A DNA stretch of 33,288 nt from Acidobacteriota bacterium. Lineage in GTDB: Bacteria > Acidobacteriota > Thermoanaerobaculia > Gp7-AA8. The notes beneath the pieces were generated by a model. The model was given only the letters and a program-made list of their open reading frames with translations. It was not told the origin of the DNA and ran no database searches. This document shows, in pieces, positions 1 through 8,559 of the stretch. The translations under genes and the position numbers were made by a program. Position 1 is the first letter of the stretch. Each line of letters begins with the position of its first letter. Location of the stretch: positions 1 to 33,288 of the forward strand of contig JBKOUP010000225.1 in NCBI GenBank assembly GCA_046723495.1, given 5' to 3'.

Positions 1-27
1 GGACGGGGGACGGGGCCCCCGCCCACC

Positions 28-435
28 CTAGAACTGTCCGCGCCCGCTGAAGGAGCCGCTCTCGTTGCGGCTCGGCTGTTCGTTGCCGCGCGGCTCGTTG
101 CGGCTCAGGTTCGACCCGGAGCTGGATGACGATTCCATGTCCGAGCCGTGGCCGATGTAGTTGCCGCGCTCGAAGTCGGTGGAGATGCCTTCCCTGCCCA
201 TCCCGGCCTGCCGCGTCCGTCCACGGCTGTGGCCGCCTTCGCGGCCGATGGCCGACATGTGGGCGCGGTCGCGGCTGACCGCCTCGCCGCCCTTCCGGCC
301 GGCGACGCGGGCCTCGTCGGAGGTGAACTCGTGAGCGGTCCCCTTGGCGTGCGCCGCGCGCCCGCCTTTGCTCGCAATTTCCTTCTGTTTGTTGGGGTCC
401 ATTGACGCAAAACCGCGCTTGCTCGTGGAAGCCAT
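28..435 (-). CDS. KGG-repeat general stress protein (YciG/GsiB-like stress-induced acidophilic repeat family)
   Basis: 135-aa ORF with three KGG-type repeats (ASKGGRAAHAKG, AGRKGGEAVS, IGREGGHSRG) and a hydrophilic Gly/Ser/Arg-rich tail. AAGGAG Shine-Dalgarno lies 5 nt upstream of the ATG (complement of 433-435). Confidence 0.85.
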   Translation of the reverse strand: MASTSKRGFASMDPNKQKEIASKGGRAAHAKGTAHEFTSDEARVAGRKGGEAVSRDRAHMSAIGREGGHSRGRTRQAGMGREGISTDFERGNYIGHGSDMESSSSSGSNLSRNEPRGNEQPSRNESGSFSGRGQF

Positions 436-497
436 AGTTTCTCCTTGTCAGTACTGCGTGTACTGCGTAAAGGCGGTTTCATCGGGCTTCACGAAAT

Positions 498-526
498 GTG
501 CCAGTAGAGCGCGGTAAGCGCATAAT
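498..526 (+). promoter_or_regulatory. Candidate sigma70-type promoter for the 551..2233 gene (GTGCCA-N17-CATAAT)
   Basis: -35-like GTGCCA at 498-503, a 17-nt spacer and -10-like CATAAT at 521-526, in the 115-bp divergent intergenic region about 25 nt upstream of ATG 551. Pattern match only. Confidence 0.25.
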
Positions 527-550
527 GACGGCAGTCGGCAAGGAGCCCGT

Positions 551-2233
551 ATGCCCGACGCCCGGCCTGCCTGGTCCGAACAACTCGCGCATGCTCCCGA
601 ACCGGTGAGTTGGCGCAGTGCGATCACCAACGCCAACGAGCACGCGGTTGTGGGACTTCTGCGCCGGCATGGGATTCCCGACCCCGGCGTGGCCACGGAC
701 CGCGCCGCCGCGGTGATGGCGGCGCTCGACGCCGGCACGCTCACCGAGGCAGACCTCCTGGCGTGGCGCGACGATGTCCTCAGCGTCTTCGACGCCATCG
801 ACTGCCTGAACGACTTTCGGCAAAAAGACCCGATCGTCCAAAGCTTCCGCATGATGCTCAACCGGCCCATGGGCAACCTCGGCGCGGTGCTCGATGACCT
901 GCGCTGCGAGATGTGGCGCGGCGATCTGATGCGCCAGCGCTGGGTCGACTACCTCGACGATCAGCGCGACCAGCTCGACCGCGATCTCTTTCTCTACCGC
1001 TTCGCGGACCTGAATCGCTGGAAGGACGAGAGCGCCTTCGACGCCGACCTCCGCGCCTACGGCTTCACGCACGTGGCCGGGGCCACACATCACCAGTGGA
1101 AGCCGGCCGCGCCGGAGCTCGTCGGTGTCTATCGCGTGCCGCCGCGCGTGGAGCTGCGCTGGGTGTCGTGGCGCAATCCCGCGCGGCGCTGCATGACCTA
1201 TGCGCGCATCGACTACGAAAGCGGCCAGGCCGAGCTGCAGCTGTCGCGGATGACCGCGGGCGGCATGAGGGCGCTCGTGGCGGAGCGCGATTTCTACGCC
1301 GCCGAAATGGCCCGCCTGGCGGGGGCCCAGCCGGAGCTGGTCAGCGTCGAGGGGGCGATGTGGCCACTGATGCGCCAATGCGTGGAGGTCGATTTCTGGC
1401 GCATCCGCGTCGGCCTCCACGGCGAGCTGTCCGGACGGCGCATGCCCGCTCCGCGGAGCCGGCGCGAAGGCGATCACGCCCTCGAGCTGCGGGCCGAGTG
1501 GATGGCCGCCCCGCAGACGCCGCTGTCGCTCCGCCTCGACTCGCGCACCGACGTCGTCAGCGTGCATTGTCAGTGCTCTCCGGCCCAAGCGGACGGACTC
1601 GTCGCCGTCGTCCGCGGCCACGAGGCGCCCGGGCGCGCCGCGCCGGACGTCGACCGGCTGGTGAAGTACATCCGCCACATCAGCAAGGAGGAGGACGTCG
1701 ATCTCGACTCGCTCAAGGCGGCCCTGCTCGACGATCTGGCCATCGAAATCGAGGAGCTGCGCAAGATCCTCGAGACCGTCGGCGTCGGCGGCACTGGCGC
1801 GAAGCTCTACTTCATCTGCCCCGAGACCCATACGGCGGTCACGCGCGGCGGCAAGAAGCTGATCCTCGACAAGCTGCCCGACTTCGTCGAGTGCGAGAAC
1901 CACGGACCCACGCCGGTGAAGCATTCGACGCTCGAGGCCGTGCGCATCGATCCCGGCGTCGAGCCCCAGCCGCCGCTGGCGAAGGCGGAGCTGTGGTGGC
2001 TGGCCTACATGGGTGCGTTCGTGCTCCTGAGCTGGGGCTTCGCGCAGCTGAGCGCCATGTATTCACACGAGACGCTCTTCCTCGTCCCCGGCTTCGCGCT
2101 GGCGACGATCGCGCCGGTCGCGGTGATTTACCTGAAATACGGGAAGGAGGCCTTCGACGCGGCGACGGAACTGATCACGCGTTTCCTCGGGCCGGTGAAG
2201 CGGAAGTACCGGCGTTGGCGGCGCTCGCGATGA
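551..2233 (+). CDS. Hypothetical protein with C-terminal two-helix membrane anchor (no family recognised)
   Basis: 560-aa ORF with GC3-rich codon usage. AAGGAG SD at 540-545 sits 5 nt before ATG 551. It has an acidic helical segment (DVDLDSLKAALLDDLAIEIEELRKILE) and a CPETH-(20 aa)-CENH pair. Two C-terminal hydrophobic helices (LWWLAYMGAFVLLSWGFAQL and LFLVPGFALATIAPVAVIYL) are followed by the basic tail KRKYRRWRRSR. Confidence 0.75.
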   Translation: MPDARPAWSEQLAHAPEPVSWRSAITNANEHAVVGLLRRHGIPDPGVATDRAAAVMAALDAGTLTEADLLAWRDDVLSVFDAIDCLNDFRQKDPIVQSFRMMLNRPMGNLGAVLDDLRCEMWRGDLMRQRWVDYLDDQRDQLDRDLFLYRFADLNRWKDESAFDADLRAYGFTHVAGATHHQWKPAAPELVGVYRVPPRVELRWVSWRNPARRCMTYARIDYESGQAELQLSRMTAGGMRALVAERDFYAAEMARLAGAQPELVSVEGAMWPLMRQCVEVDFWRIRVGLHGELSGRRMPAPRSRREGDHALELRAEWMAAPQTPLSLRLDSRTDVVSVHCQCSPAQADGLVAVVRGHEAPGRAAPDVDRLVKYIRHISKEEDVDLDSLKAALLDDLAIEIEELRKILETVGVGGTGAKLYFICPETHTAVTRGGKKLILDKLPDFVECENHGPTPVKHSTLEAVRIDPGVEPQPPLAKAELWWLAYMGAFVLLSWGFAQLSAMYSHETLFLVPGFALATIAPVAVIYLKYGKEAFDAATELITRFLGPVKRKYRRWRRSR

Positions 2234-2244
2234 CACGTTGCCGG

Positions 2245-2338
2245 TGGCGGAGAGAGAGGGATTCGAACCCTCGGTAGAGCTTTAAGACCCTACGGCGGTT
2301 TAGCAAACCGCTGGTTTAAGCCACTCACCCATCTCTCC
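2245..2338 (-). tRNA. tRNA-Ser (anticodon GCU), class II with long variable arm, CCA encoded
   Basis: The reverse complement folds as a cloverleaf. Acceptor GGAGAGA/TCTCTCC; anticodon stem GCGGT/ACCGC with loop TTGCTAA; variable-arm hairpin GTAG..CTAC; T arm GAGGG-TTCGAAT-CCCTC; discriminator G plus CCA. Length 94 nt. Confidence 0.9.
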
Positions 2339-2375
2339 ACGTGGCTTAACGGCAGGAAACTTCTGGAACGCGATT

Positions 2376-3557
2376 CTAGCCTAAAGCCTTCCCGACGGCC
2401 TCGATCGTCGGGTCGATCTCGATCGTCTCGACGCCGCGGAGGATGGCGTCGGGATCCTTGAGGATGTGGCCCGTCAGCACGCAGACGATGCGCTCGCCGT
2501 CGCGCATGACCCCGGCGGCGCGCAGCTTCTTGACGCCGGCGAGCGTCGTGGCCGAGGCGGGCTCGCAGCCGATGCCCATGCGGTCGATCTCGCCTTTCGC
2601 GGCCATCAGCTCATCGTCGGTGACCTGCTCGACGACGCCGTTCGTGGCCCGGATCGACGCCACCGCCTTCTCGTAGCTGACCGGATCGCCGATGCGGATC
2701 GCGCTGGCGACGGTCTCCGCCTCGACGCGATGCCGCCGCGCGAAGTTCTCGCTGTAGCTTTGGTAGAACGGATTCGCGCCGCTGGCCTGGATCGCGGCCA
2801 GGCGCGGCATGCGCTCGATCCATCCGGCCGCGCGCGCCTCGCGCAGGGCCTTGCCGAACGCGCTCGTGTTGCCGAGGTTCCCGGCGGGGACGACGATCCA
2901 GTCGGGCGGGTTCCACTCCAGGTCCTGCAGCAGCTCCCAGACGATCGTCTTCTGCCCTTCGATGCGGAAGGGATTGATGGAGTTGACGAGGTAGATGCCG
3001 AGTTTGTCGCAGGCCTCGCGCACGAGGCGCATGGCGTCGTCGAAGCCGCCGCGGACGGAGAGCGCGGTCGCGCCGTAGGCCAGCGTCTGGGCGAGCTTCC
3101 CGGCGGCGACTTTTCCCGAGGGGATGAACACGATGGCCCGCAGCCCGGCCTGCGCGGCGTAGGCGGCCAGCGAGGCGCTGGTGTTGCCGGTCGACGCGCA
3201 GGCGACCGCGCGCGCGCCGAGGCGCTTGGCCTGGGTCATGGCCACGGTCATGCCGCGGTCCTTGAACGAGCCGGTCGGGTTCTCTCCCTCGTGCTTGAAA
3301 AAGATGCCGCCGCGCTCGTAGAGCCGCGTCGAGCCCTCGGGGTGCGTGACGACGCCGCCGTCCGTGTCGAGCACGCCCTCGCGGAAGCGCCAGACGCCGC
3401 TTTGGTCGAGCGGGTCGCGGCTGGCGCGGCGCGCGTCGAAGACACTGCGGTCGATCGTGATTTCCCGTTCGACGCTCAGGAGGTTGCCGCAGTCGCAGGT
3501 GTAGCGGATCTCGTCGAGCGGAAACGTTTTCGCGCAGGCGATGCACTGCAGTCTCAT
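2376..3557 (-). CDS. thrC: Threonine synthase
   Basis: 393 aa from the ATG at complement 3555-3557. N-terminal Cys cluster MRLQCIACAKTF..YTCDCG and PLP-lysine motif GENPTGSFKDRG, with full-length resemblance to short-type ThrC. The 629-aa track ORF is an Arg-rich spurious extension. The start overlaps the thrB stop by 4 nt. Confidence 0.93.
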   Translation of the reverse strand: MRLQCIACAKTFPLDEIRYTCDCGNLLSVEREITIDRSVFDARRASRDPLDQSGVWRFREGVLDTDGGVVTHPEGSTRLYERGGIFFKHEGENPTGSFKDRGMTVAMTQAKRLGARAVACASTGNTSASLAAYAAQAGLRAIVFIPSGKVAAGKLAQTLAYGATALSVRGGFDDAMRLVREACDKLGIYLVNSINPFRIEGQKTIVWELLQDLEWNPPDWIVVPAGNLGNTSAFGKALREARAAGWIERMPRLAAIQASGANPFYQSYSENFARRHRVEAETVASAIRIGDPVSYEKAVASIRATNGVVEQVTDDELMAAKGEIDRMGIGCEPASATTLAGVKKLRAAGVMRDGERIVCVLTGHILKDPDAILRGVETIEIDPTIEAVGKALG

Positions 3558-4483
3558 ACCGCGCGCACTCCCTGCCGCGCGATGGGCGAGACGATCGCCG
3601 TCGACGCAATCTCGCCGAACGCCGCCTGCATCGCCTCGGCCGCGCGCTGGGCGACGTCGGTTGTTTCGCAGATGGCCGCGAGCGTCGGCCCCGATCCGCT
3701 GATGGCGCAGCCGAGCGCTCCGGCGCTCATCGCCGCGCGCTTGGCCTCGGGGAAACGCGGGATCAGCGGCGCGCGCCGCGGCTCGGCGTAGAGATCGTCG
3801 AAGGCGAGGCGCAGCAGGGCCGCGTCGCCGGTGGCGAACGCGTGCACGACCGCGGCGGTGTTGGCCATCTGCTGGACCCACAACGCGCGTCCGGACGTCG
3901 CCGGGAGGAGCTCGCGCGCGGCCTTCGTCTCGACGCGGACGTCGGGCGTGACGAGAGCGAGCTGCCAGTCGGCGGCGACGCGCAGCGCGACGACGTTCGC
4001 CGGCCGCAGCGACAGCACGAGCGCCAGTCCGCCGACGACGCAGGGGGCGATGTTGTCGAGGTGCCGCCCGGCGACCGCGACTTCGCCTTCGAGCGCCGCG
4101 GCGACGACGGCGAGCGGGTCGGGGTGCTCGATGCCCATCGCCAGCGCCGCCGCGTACGCGCCGCCGACGCTGCTCGCGGCACTGCCGCCGAGGCCTCCGG
4201 AGACGGGCAGCCCTTTTTCGATGGAGACGACGGCGTTGCGCACGTCGCGGTGCGCGCGCAGCCACGCGGTGGCGGCGAGCCAGGCGGCGTTGCGGTGCGG
4301 ATCGAGCGGGACGAGGTTCGCGTCGCGCCCGCTGACCGAGGCGACGCGGGCGTCTCCCTCGGTGAGCTCGACGGTGACGCGGTCGCCGACCGCCTCGATG
4401 GCCAGGCCGAGAACGTCGAAGCCGGGGCCGCAGTTGCCGATCGAGCCGGGGGCGAAGACGGTGGCGGCGCGCAGACCGTTCAT
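3554..4483 (-). CDS. thrB: Homoserine kinase (GHMP kinase family)
   Basis: 309 aa from MNGLRAATVFAPGSIGNCGPGFDVLG. GHMP motif PVSGGLGGSAAS is present. It sits between thrA and thrC with 4-nt overlaps at both ends. Confidence 0.9.
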   Translation of the reverse strand: MNGLRAATVFAPGSIGNCGPGFDVLGLAIEAVGDRVTVELTEGDARVASVSGRDANLVPLDPHRNAAWLAATAWLRAHRDVRNAVVSIEKGLPVSGGLGGSAASSVGGAYAAALAMGIEHPDPLAVVAAALEGEVAVAGRHLDNIAPCVVGGLALVLSLRPANVVALRVAADWQLALVTPDVRVETKAARELLPATSGRALWVQQMANTAAVVHAFATGDAALLRLAFDDLYAEPRRAPLIPRFPEAKRAAMSAGALGCAISGSGPTLAAICETTDVAQRAAEAMQAAFGEIASTAIVSPIARQGVRAV

Positions 4484-6924
4484 CGCAACCGCCTCCGCTT
4501 CTCCTCCGTGGCGATGGCCACGATGTCGTTCAGCACGCCCGCGGCCGTCACCGTCGCGCCGGCGCCCGGGCCGGTGACGACGAGCGGGTTCGCGCTGTAG
4601 CGCTTCGAGTAGATCGCCACCTGGTTGTCCGTCCCGCACAGGTTCGCGGTGGGCGAGGTTTCGGGTACGTCTTCGAGGCCCACCGAGATCGAGCGCGGGC
4701 GAATCCGGGCCACGTAGCGCAGCACGCGCTTCTCGCGCCGCGCGCGGGCGATGCGCTCGCGGAACTCGTCGTCGGAAAAATCGAGCGGCTGCAGCCGAAT
4801 CTCCGCCATCTCCGCGCGATGCCCGAGCGTGCGCGCCAGGATCAGGGCCTTGCGGGCCACGTCCATCCCGGAAAGATCGTCGCGCGGGTCGGGCTCCGTG
4901 TAGCCGAGCTCCGAGGCACGTTGCACGGCCGCGGAGAAGGCCACGCCCTTCTCCAGCTCTGTCATGATGTAGCCGAGCGTGCCGGAGAAGCAGCCGACGA
5001 TCGTCTCGATCTTGTCGCCGGCCTGCTGCAATTTCGCGATCGTGTCGAGCACCGGCAGCCCGGCCCCCGCCGTGGCCTCGTATCGCAGAGAGAGACCGCG
5101 CTCCTTCGCCGTTTCGATCAGGCGATCGAACGATGCCTGCGGTCCCGCCAGCGGCTTCTTGTTCGCGAGGACGATGTTGAAGCCGTGCCGCATCGCTTCG
5201 GCGAGCAGCTCGCTCGTTTCATCGGACGTCAGGTCGACGAGGATCGGCCGGTACGACGGCAATGGCCAGAGCGCTTCCAGGCGCTGGCCGTCGAACGGCG
5301 TCCCCGCCGCCTTCTGCTTCGCCAGGCGCTGCAGCGCGGCGGGGGAGAAGCCGCGCTCGTCGATCTTCACGCCGGAGCGGTCGGCGACGCCGGTGATCTT
5401 CAGGTCGACGTTGCCGCGCAGATGCGGCTGCTGGGTGACGATCTGCCGCGCCAGCTCGCGCCCGATCTGGCCGAAGCCGAGCAGGGTCAGCGAGGCCTCG
5501 CGGCCGCCGCTGTCGGCCAGCGGGCGGACCTTGTGGAGCTGATACTCCTCGTGCAGCGCGCGCAGCGCGGCCGTGGCGTCCGTCTCCTCGACGGCGACGG
5601 TGATGTTCAGCTCCGACGAGCCTTGGGCGATGGCGATGATGTTGACGCCCGCGCTGCTGATGGCGGAGAACGTCCGCGCGGCGATGCCGGCGTGCCCGCG
5701 CATGCCGAGGCCGACGACGGCGATGAGGGCCACGCCCTTCTGCGCGGCGATGCGGTCGATGAGCTTGAGCTTCCGCTCCTTGGCGAAGGCATCCTCCAAC
5801 GCCTCGACGGCGTGCGCCGCCTCCGCCTGCGGCAGGACGAAGCAGATGCTCGACTCGCTCGACGACTGGCTGATCATCGCCGCGGAGTGCCCGGCCTGGG
5901 AGAGCGCGGTGAAGGTCTGTCCGGCCACGCCGGCGATGCCGGTCATCCCTTTGCCTTCGATGGCGATCAAGGCCTGGCCGTGGATCGCCGTCAGGGCCCG
6001 GACCGGGTAGGCGCCGCTCTTGACGTCGCCGGCGATGCGCGTGCCGCCGCCGTCGTGGAAGGTGTTGCGCACGAGGAGCGGGATGCGCCGGTCGACGAGG
6101 GGGATCATCGTCCGCGGATGCAGGACGCGCGCGCCGTAATAGGCGAGCTCGGCGGCCTCGCGGTAGTGCATCTCGGCGATGACGCGGGCGTCGGGGACGG
6201 ACTTCGGATCGGCGGTCATGAGGCCGTCGACTTCCTTGAAGAGGGTGAGCTTCGCCGCGCCGCTGCTGCGGGCGAGGATGGCGGCAGAGAGGTCGCTGCC
6301 GCCGCGGCCGAGGGTGACGACGGAGCCGTCCGGTCCGGTGGCGATGTAGCCGGGGATGACGACGACGATTTTTTTCGCCAGCAGCGGGACGATTGTCTTC
6401 GTCGCGTTGCGCTCGCACGCGGCGAGGTCGGGCCAGAGCGCGCCGAAGCGGCGCTCGGTGCGGATGACGTCGACGGCGTCGACGTACTTCGCCGCGGTCC
6501 CGCTCTCCTCGAGCGCGCACGTGAAGATCTCCGCGACGGCGCGCTCGCCGCGGGCCACGAGGGCGTCCTGCGTCCGCGCGGTCAGCTCGCGCAGCACGGC
6601 GATCGACTCGGTCATGGAGCGCATCTCGTGGGCGAAGGCGGCGATCGTCCCGGTCAGGCGCACGGCGTTGTCGCGGGAGCGGATGAGCTCCGCGATGAGG
6701 TCGAGGTGGCGCGACTCGAACGCGGCGACGGCGGCGTCGCAGCGGGCCCGGTCGCCGCGCAGGGCGGCCTGCCCGGCCTCGAGGAGGAGGTCGGTGACGC
6801 CGTTCATGGCCGAGACGACGACGGCGACGTTCGGCGCCGCGGCGCGCACGTGCACGACGGCGCGGCGGATGGCCTCCGCGCTGCCGACGGCCACTCCGCC
6901 GAATTTGAAGACTTGCGGCTTCAT
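4480..6924 (-). CDS. thrA: Bifunctional aspartokinase / homoserine dehydrogenase
   Basis: 814 aa from MKPQVFKFGGVAVGS (aspartokinase KFGG motif). ACT-like middle region; C-terminal homoserine dehydrogenase with Rossmann LLGFGQIGRELARQ and LRYEATAGAGLPV. The longer 1345-aa track ORF is an Arg/Asp/Glu-rich spurious extension. Confidence 0.93.
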   Translation of the reverse strand: MKPQVFKFGGVAVGSAEAIRRAVVHVRAAAPNVAVVVSAMNGVTDLLLEAGQAALRGDRARCDAAVAAFESRHLDLIAELIRSRDNAVRLTGTIAAFAHEMRSMTESIAVLRELTARTQDALVARGERAVAEIFTCALEESGTAAKYVDAVDVIRTERRFGALWPDLAACERNATKTIVPLLAKKIVVVIPGYIATGPDGSVVTLGRGGSDLSAAILARSSGAAKLTLFKEVDGLMTADPKSVPDARVIAEMHYREAAELAYYGARVLHPRTMIPLVDRRIPLLVRNTFHDGGGTRIAGDVKSGAYPVRALTAIHGQALIAIEGKGMTGIAGVAGQTFTALSQAGHSAAMISQSSSESSICFVLPQAEAAHAVEALEDAFAKERKLKLIDRIAAQKGVALIAVVGLGMRGHAGIAARTFSAISSAGVNIIAIAQGSSELNITVAVEETDATAALRALHEEYQLHKVRPLADSGGREASLTLLGFGQIGRELARQIVTQQPHLRGNVDLKITGVADRSGVKIDERGFSPAALQRLAKQKAAGTPFDGQRLEALWPLPSYRPILVDLTSDETSELLAEAMRHGFNIVLANKKPLAGPQASFDRLIETAKERGLSLRYEATAGAGLPVLDTIAKLQQAGDKIETIVGCFSGTLGYIMTELEKGVAFSAAVQRASELGYTEPDPRDDLSGMDVARKALILARTLGHRAEMAEIRLQPLDFSDDEFRERIARARREKRVLRYVARIRPRSISVGLEDVPETSPTANLCGTDNQVAIYSKRYSANPLVVTGPGAGATVTAAGVLNDIVAIATEEKRRRLR

Positions 6925-8514
6925 TGGACCGCGGCGAGTATAGCGGCCATCATCAAACGAGCGATTCCTCCGCTGCTCATCCCGGCCCTCGTGGCCGTCC
7001 TGTTCCGGAAGGTGCTCCGCCTCTGGTGGATGTACGACGATCCGTTTCAGCTGCGCATGCTGCGCGAGACCGCGCTCGGATCGCTGCTGACGACGAAGGA
7101 GTTCTACGGCGGCTCGTCGGTGTTCACGCCGCTCCTGGTGCTGTCGCTGAAGCTCGACTCCGTGCTGTTCGGCGCGCAGGCGCCCGGCTTTTACGCGCAC
7201 CAACTGGCGTCGCTCGCCGCGGCGCTGCTGCTCGAGTATTGCCTGCTGCGCCTCTGGTGCGCGCCGCTGCCGTCGCTGTGCGCGGTGGTGGTGACGATGA
7301 CGGGCGTGCCGCTGCTGCAGATCGTGCCGCTGCTGATGTGCCGGCATTACATCGAAGGAGCGCTCTTCGCCTTCGCGGCGACGATCGCGTTCGTGGCCAC
7401 GCTGCGCGGCAGGCGATGGTCGTGGCTCTCGGCGTCGTCGTATTTCCTCGCCGCGTGTGCGAAGGAGATTTTCGTTCCCCTGCCGCTGCTCCTGGCCGTC
7501 ATCCCCGAGGGGGCGGGGCGCGAGCGGCTGCGTGCGTTGCGCGGGCACGCAATCGCGTTGGTCGTTTATGCGGCGTGGCGATTGAAGTCGGTCGGGCTCG
7601 AAGTCGGCGCCTACGGCTTCCTCGGCTCGCAGGAAAGCTGGAAATCGATCGCGGCGCTTCCGTGGACGATCGTGCGCCAGCTGGCCGGCCACGGCGGCGC
7701 GCTGGGATGGGCCGCCGTCGTCTGCGTCGTCGCCTGCGCGATCGTCGTCTTCATCCGCTGCTCGGCGGCGCGGCTGCCGATCGCCGTCGCCTTCGTGATC
7801 TCGCTGCTCCCGCTGGTGCCGCTCGCCGCGGCGATCGAGCGCCGCTACGCCTTCGCCTTCTGGCTCTGCGCCGCCGTCGCGGTGGCCTTTCTCCCGCGCG
7901 TTGCCGGACGCGCCGGCGCGGCGATCGCCGTCGTCGTCGCGGCAGTCTCGCTCCTCGCCTTCCGCGTCGAATGGCCGGCGGTCTACCGCGACCTGCTGCG
8001 CATGAGCGACGAGACGCGCGTGATGTCGATGCTGGGCCCGGGCGACATCCTGCTCGATCCGATCACGCCGCCGACGACGATGCTGGAGATGGTGCACCTC
8101 ACCGGAACGCCGGCGCATGCCTATTACGACGAGCTGCAGCTCTGCGCGCCGGGCACGCGGCTCGGCCGCGTCTTCGCCTACGACCCGGCGCGGCGGGAGA
8201 TCCGCGAGACGGGCTGCGCCGCGCTCGACCGCGTCTGCGCTTCGATCGTGGAGAAGCCGATCAGCGTGGAGATCCGCTTCGACCGCGAGCGCGCGCTGCG
8301 CTGGAAGCTCGGGCCGTACACGACGGGGCGGTGGGCGTTCGTCATCGCCGAGGGGCTCGTGGCCTACGACGTCGCGCCGGAGGGCGGCTTCCGCCGGCCG
8401 GGATGGGACCAGTTCCGCATGCGCGCGCGCTACATCTCGCCCGAGGGATGGCGGACGTATTCGCCGCTGGTGCCGGTCGACAGCCGGATTCCGCTGACGG
8501 TGTACCGGCGCTGA
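6913..8514 (+). CDS. Multi-pass integral membrane protein, possibly a GT-C-type glycosyltransferase; C-terminal soluble domain
   Basis: About 10 hydrophobic helices in the frame ending at TGA 8512-8514. A WWMYDDPF acidic loop follows the first helix (IIKRAIPPLLIPALVAVLFRKVLR), as in GT-C enzymes. Start is uncertain: TTG 6913 is the only canonical start that keeps helix 1; alternatives are GTG 6991 and ATG 7030. The function call is weak. Confidence 0.6.
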   Translation: MRLHWTAASIAAIIKRAIPPLLIPALVAVLFRKVLRLWWMYDDPFQLRMLRETALGSLLTTKEFYGGSSVFTPLLVLSLKLDSVLFGAQAPGFYAHQLASLAAALLLEYCLLRLWCAPLPSLCAVVVTMTGVPLLQIVPLLMCRHYIEGALFAFAATIAFVATLRGRRWSWLSASSYFLAACAKEIFVPLPLLLAVIPEGAGRERLRALRGHAIALVVYAAWRLKSVGLEVGAYGFLGSQESWKSIAALPWTIVRQLAGHGGALGWAAVVCVVACAIVVFIRCSAARLPIAVAFVISLLPLVPLAAAIERRYAFAFWLCAAVAVAFLPRVAGRAGAAIAVVVAAVSLLAFRVEWPAVYRDLLRMSDETRVMSMLGPGDILLDPITPPTTMLEMVHLTGTPAHAYYDELQLCAPGTRLGRVFAYDPARREIRETGCAALDRVCASIVEKPISVEIRFDRERALRWKLGPYTTGRWAFVIAEGLVAYDVAPEGGFRRPGWDQFRMRARYISPEGWRTYSPLVPVDSRIPLTVYRR

Positions 8515-8559
8515 CATAGGACAAAGTCGCAGGCGAAAGGCGACGCCGTGGTGATGGGC

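Noticed and set aside
1-27. GC-rich GGACGGGGGACGGGGCCCCCGCCC downstream of the KGG gene as an intrinsic terminator.
   Set aside because: The stem is imperfect (GGGACGGGG versus CCCCCGCCC), no U-tract is present, and the element is cut by the window edge.
491-503. Sigma54-like TGGCAC-N5 element on the minus strand upstream of the KGG gene (TGGCACATTTCGTGA).
   Set aside because: The -12 element is CGTG rather than TTGC, and no enhancer-binding protein gene is nearby. The same hexamer works at least as well as a -35 box for the opposite gene.
479-2277. Long alternative-frame ORFs overlapping the 551..2233 gene (479..1924 minus, 913..2277 plus).
   Set aside because: Their translations are dominated by Arg/Ala/Gly/Pro runs, as expected for off-frame reading of GC-rich coding DNA. 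They have no SD and no recognisable motifs. The 551..2233 frame has a strong SD and a balanced composition.
3558-4265. N-terminal 236-aa extension of the thrC ORF (track ORF 2376..4265).
   Set aside because: The extension is Arg-rich nonsense that fully overlaps thrB. Threonine synthase homology begins at MRLQCIAC (ATG at 3557).
4819-6912. Upstream two-thirds of the 1231-aa plus-strand ORF, and the mirror-image extension of the thrA ORF to 8517.
   Set aside because: Both are antisense to well-supported genes (thrA and the membrane protein). They have off-frame composition. Only the parts with real homology or TM-helix structure were kept.
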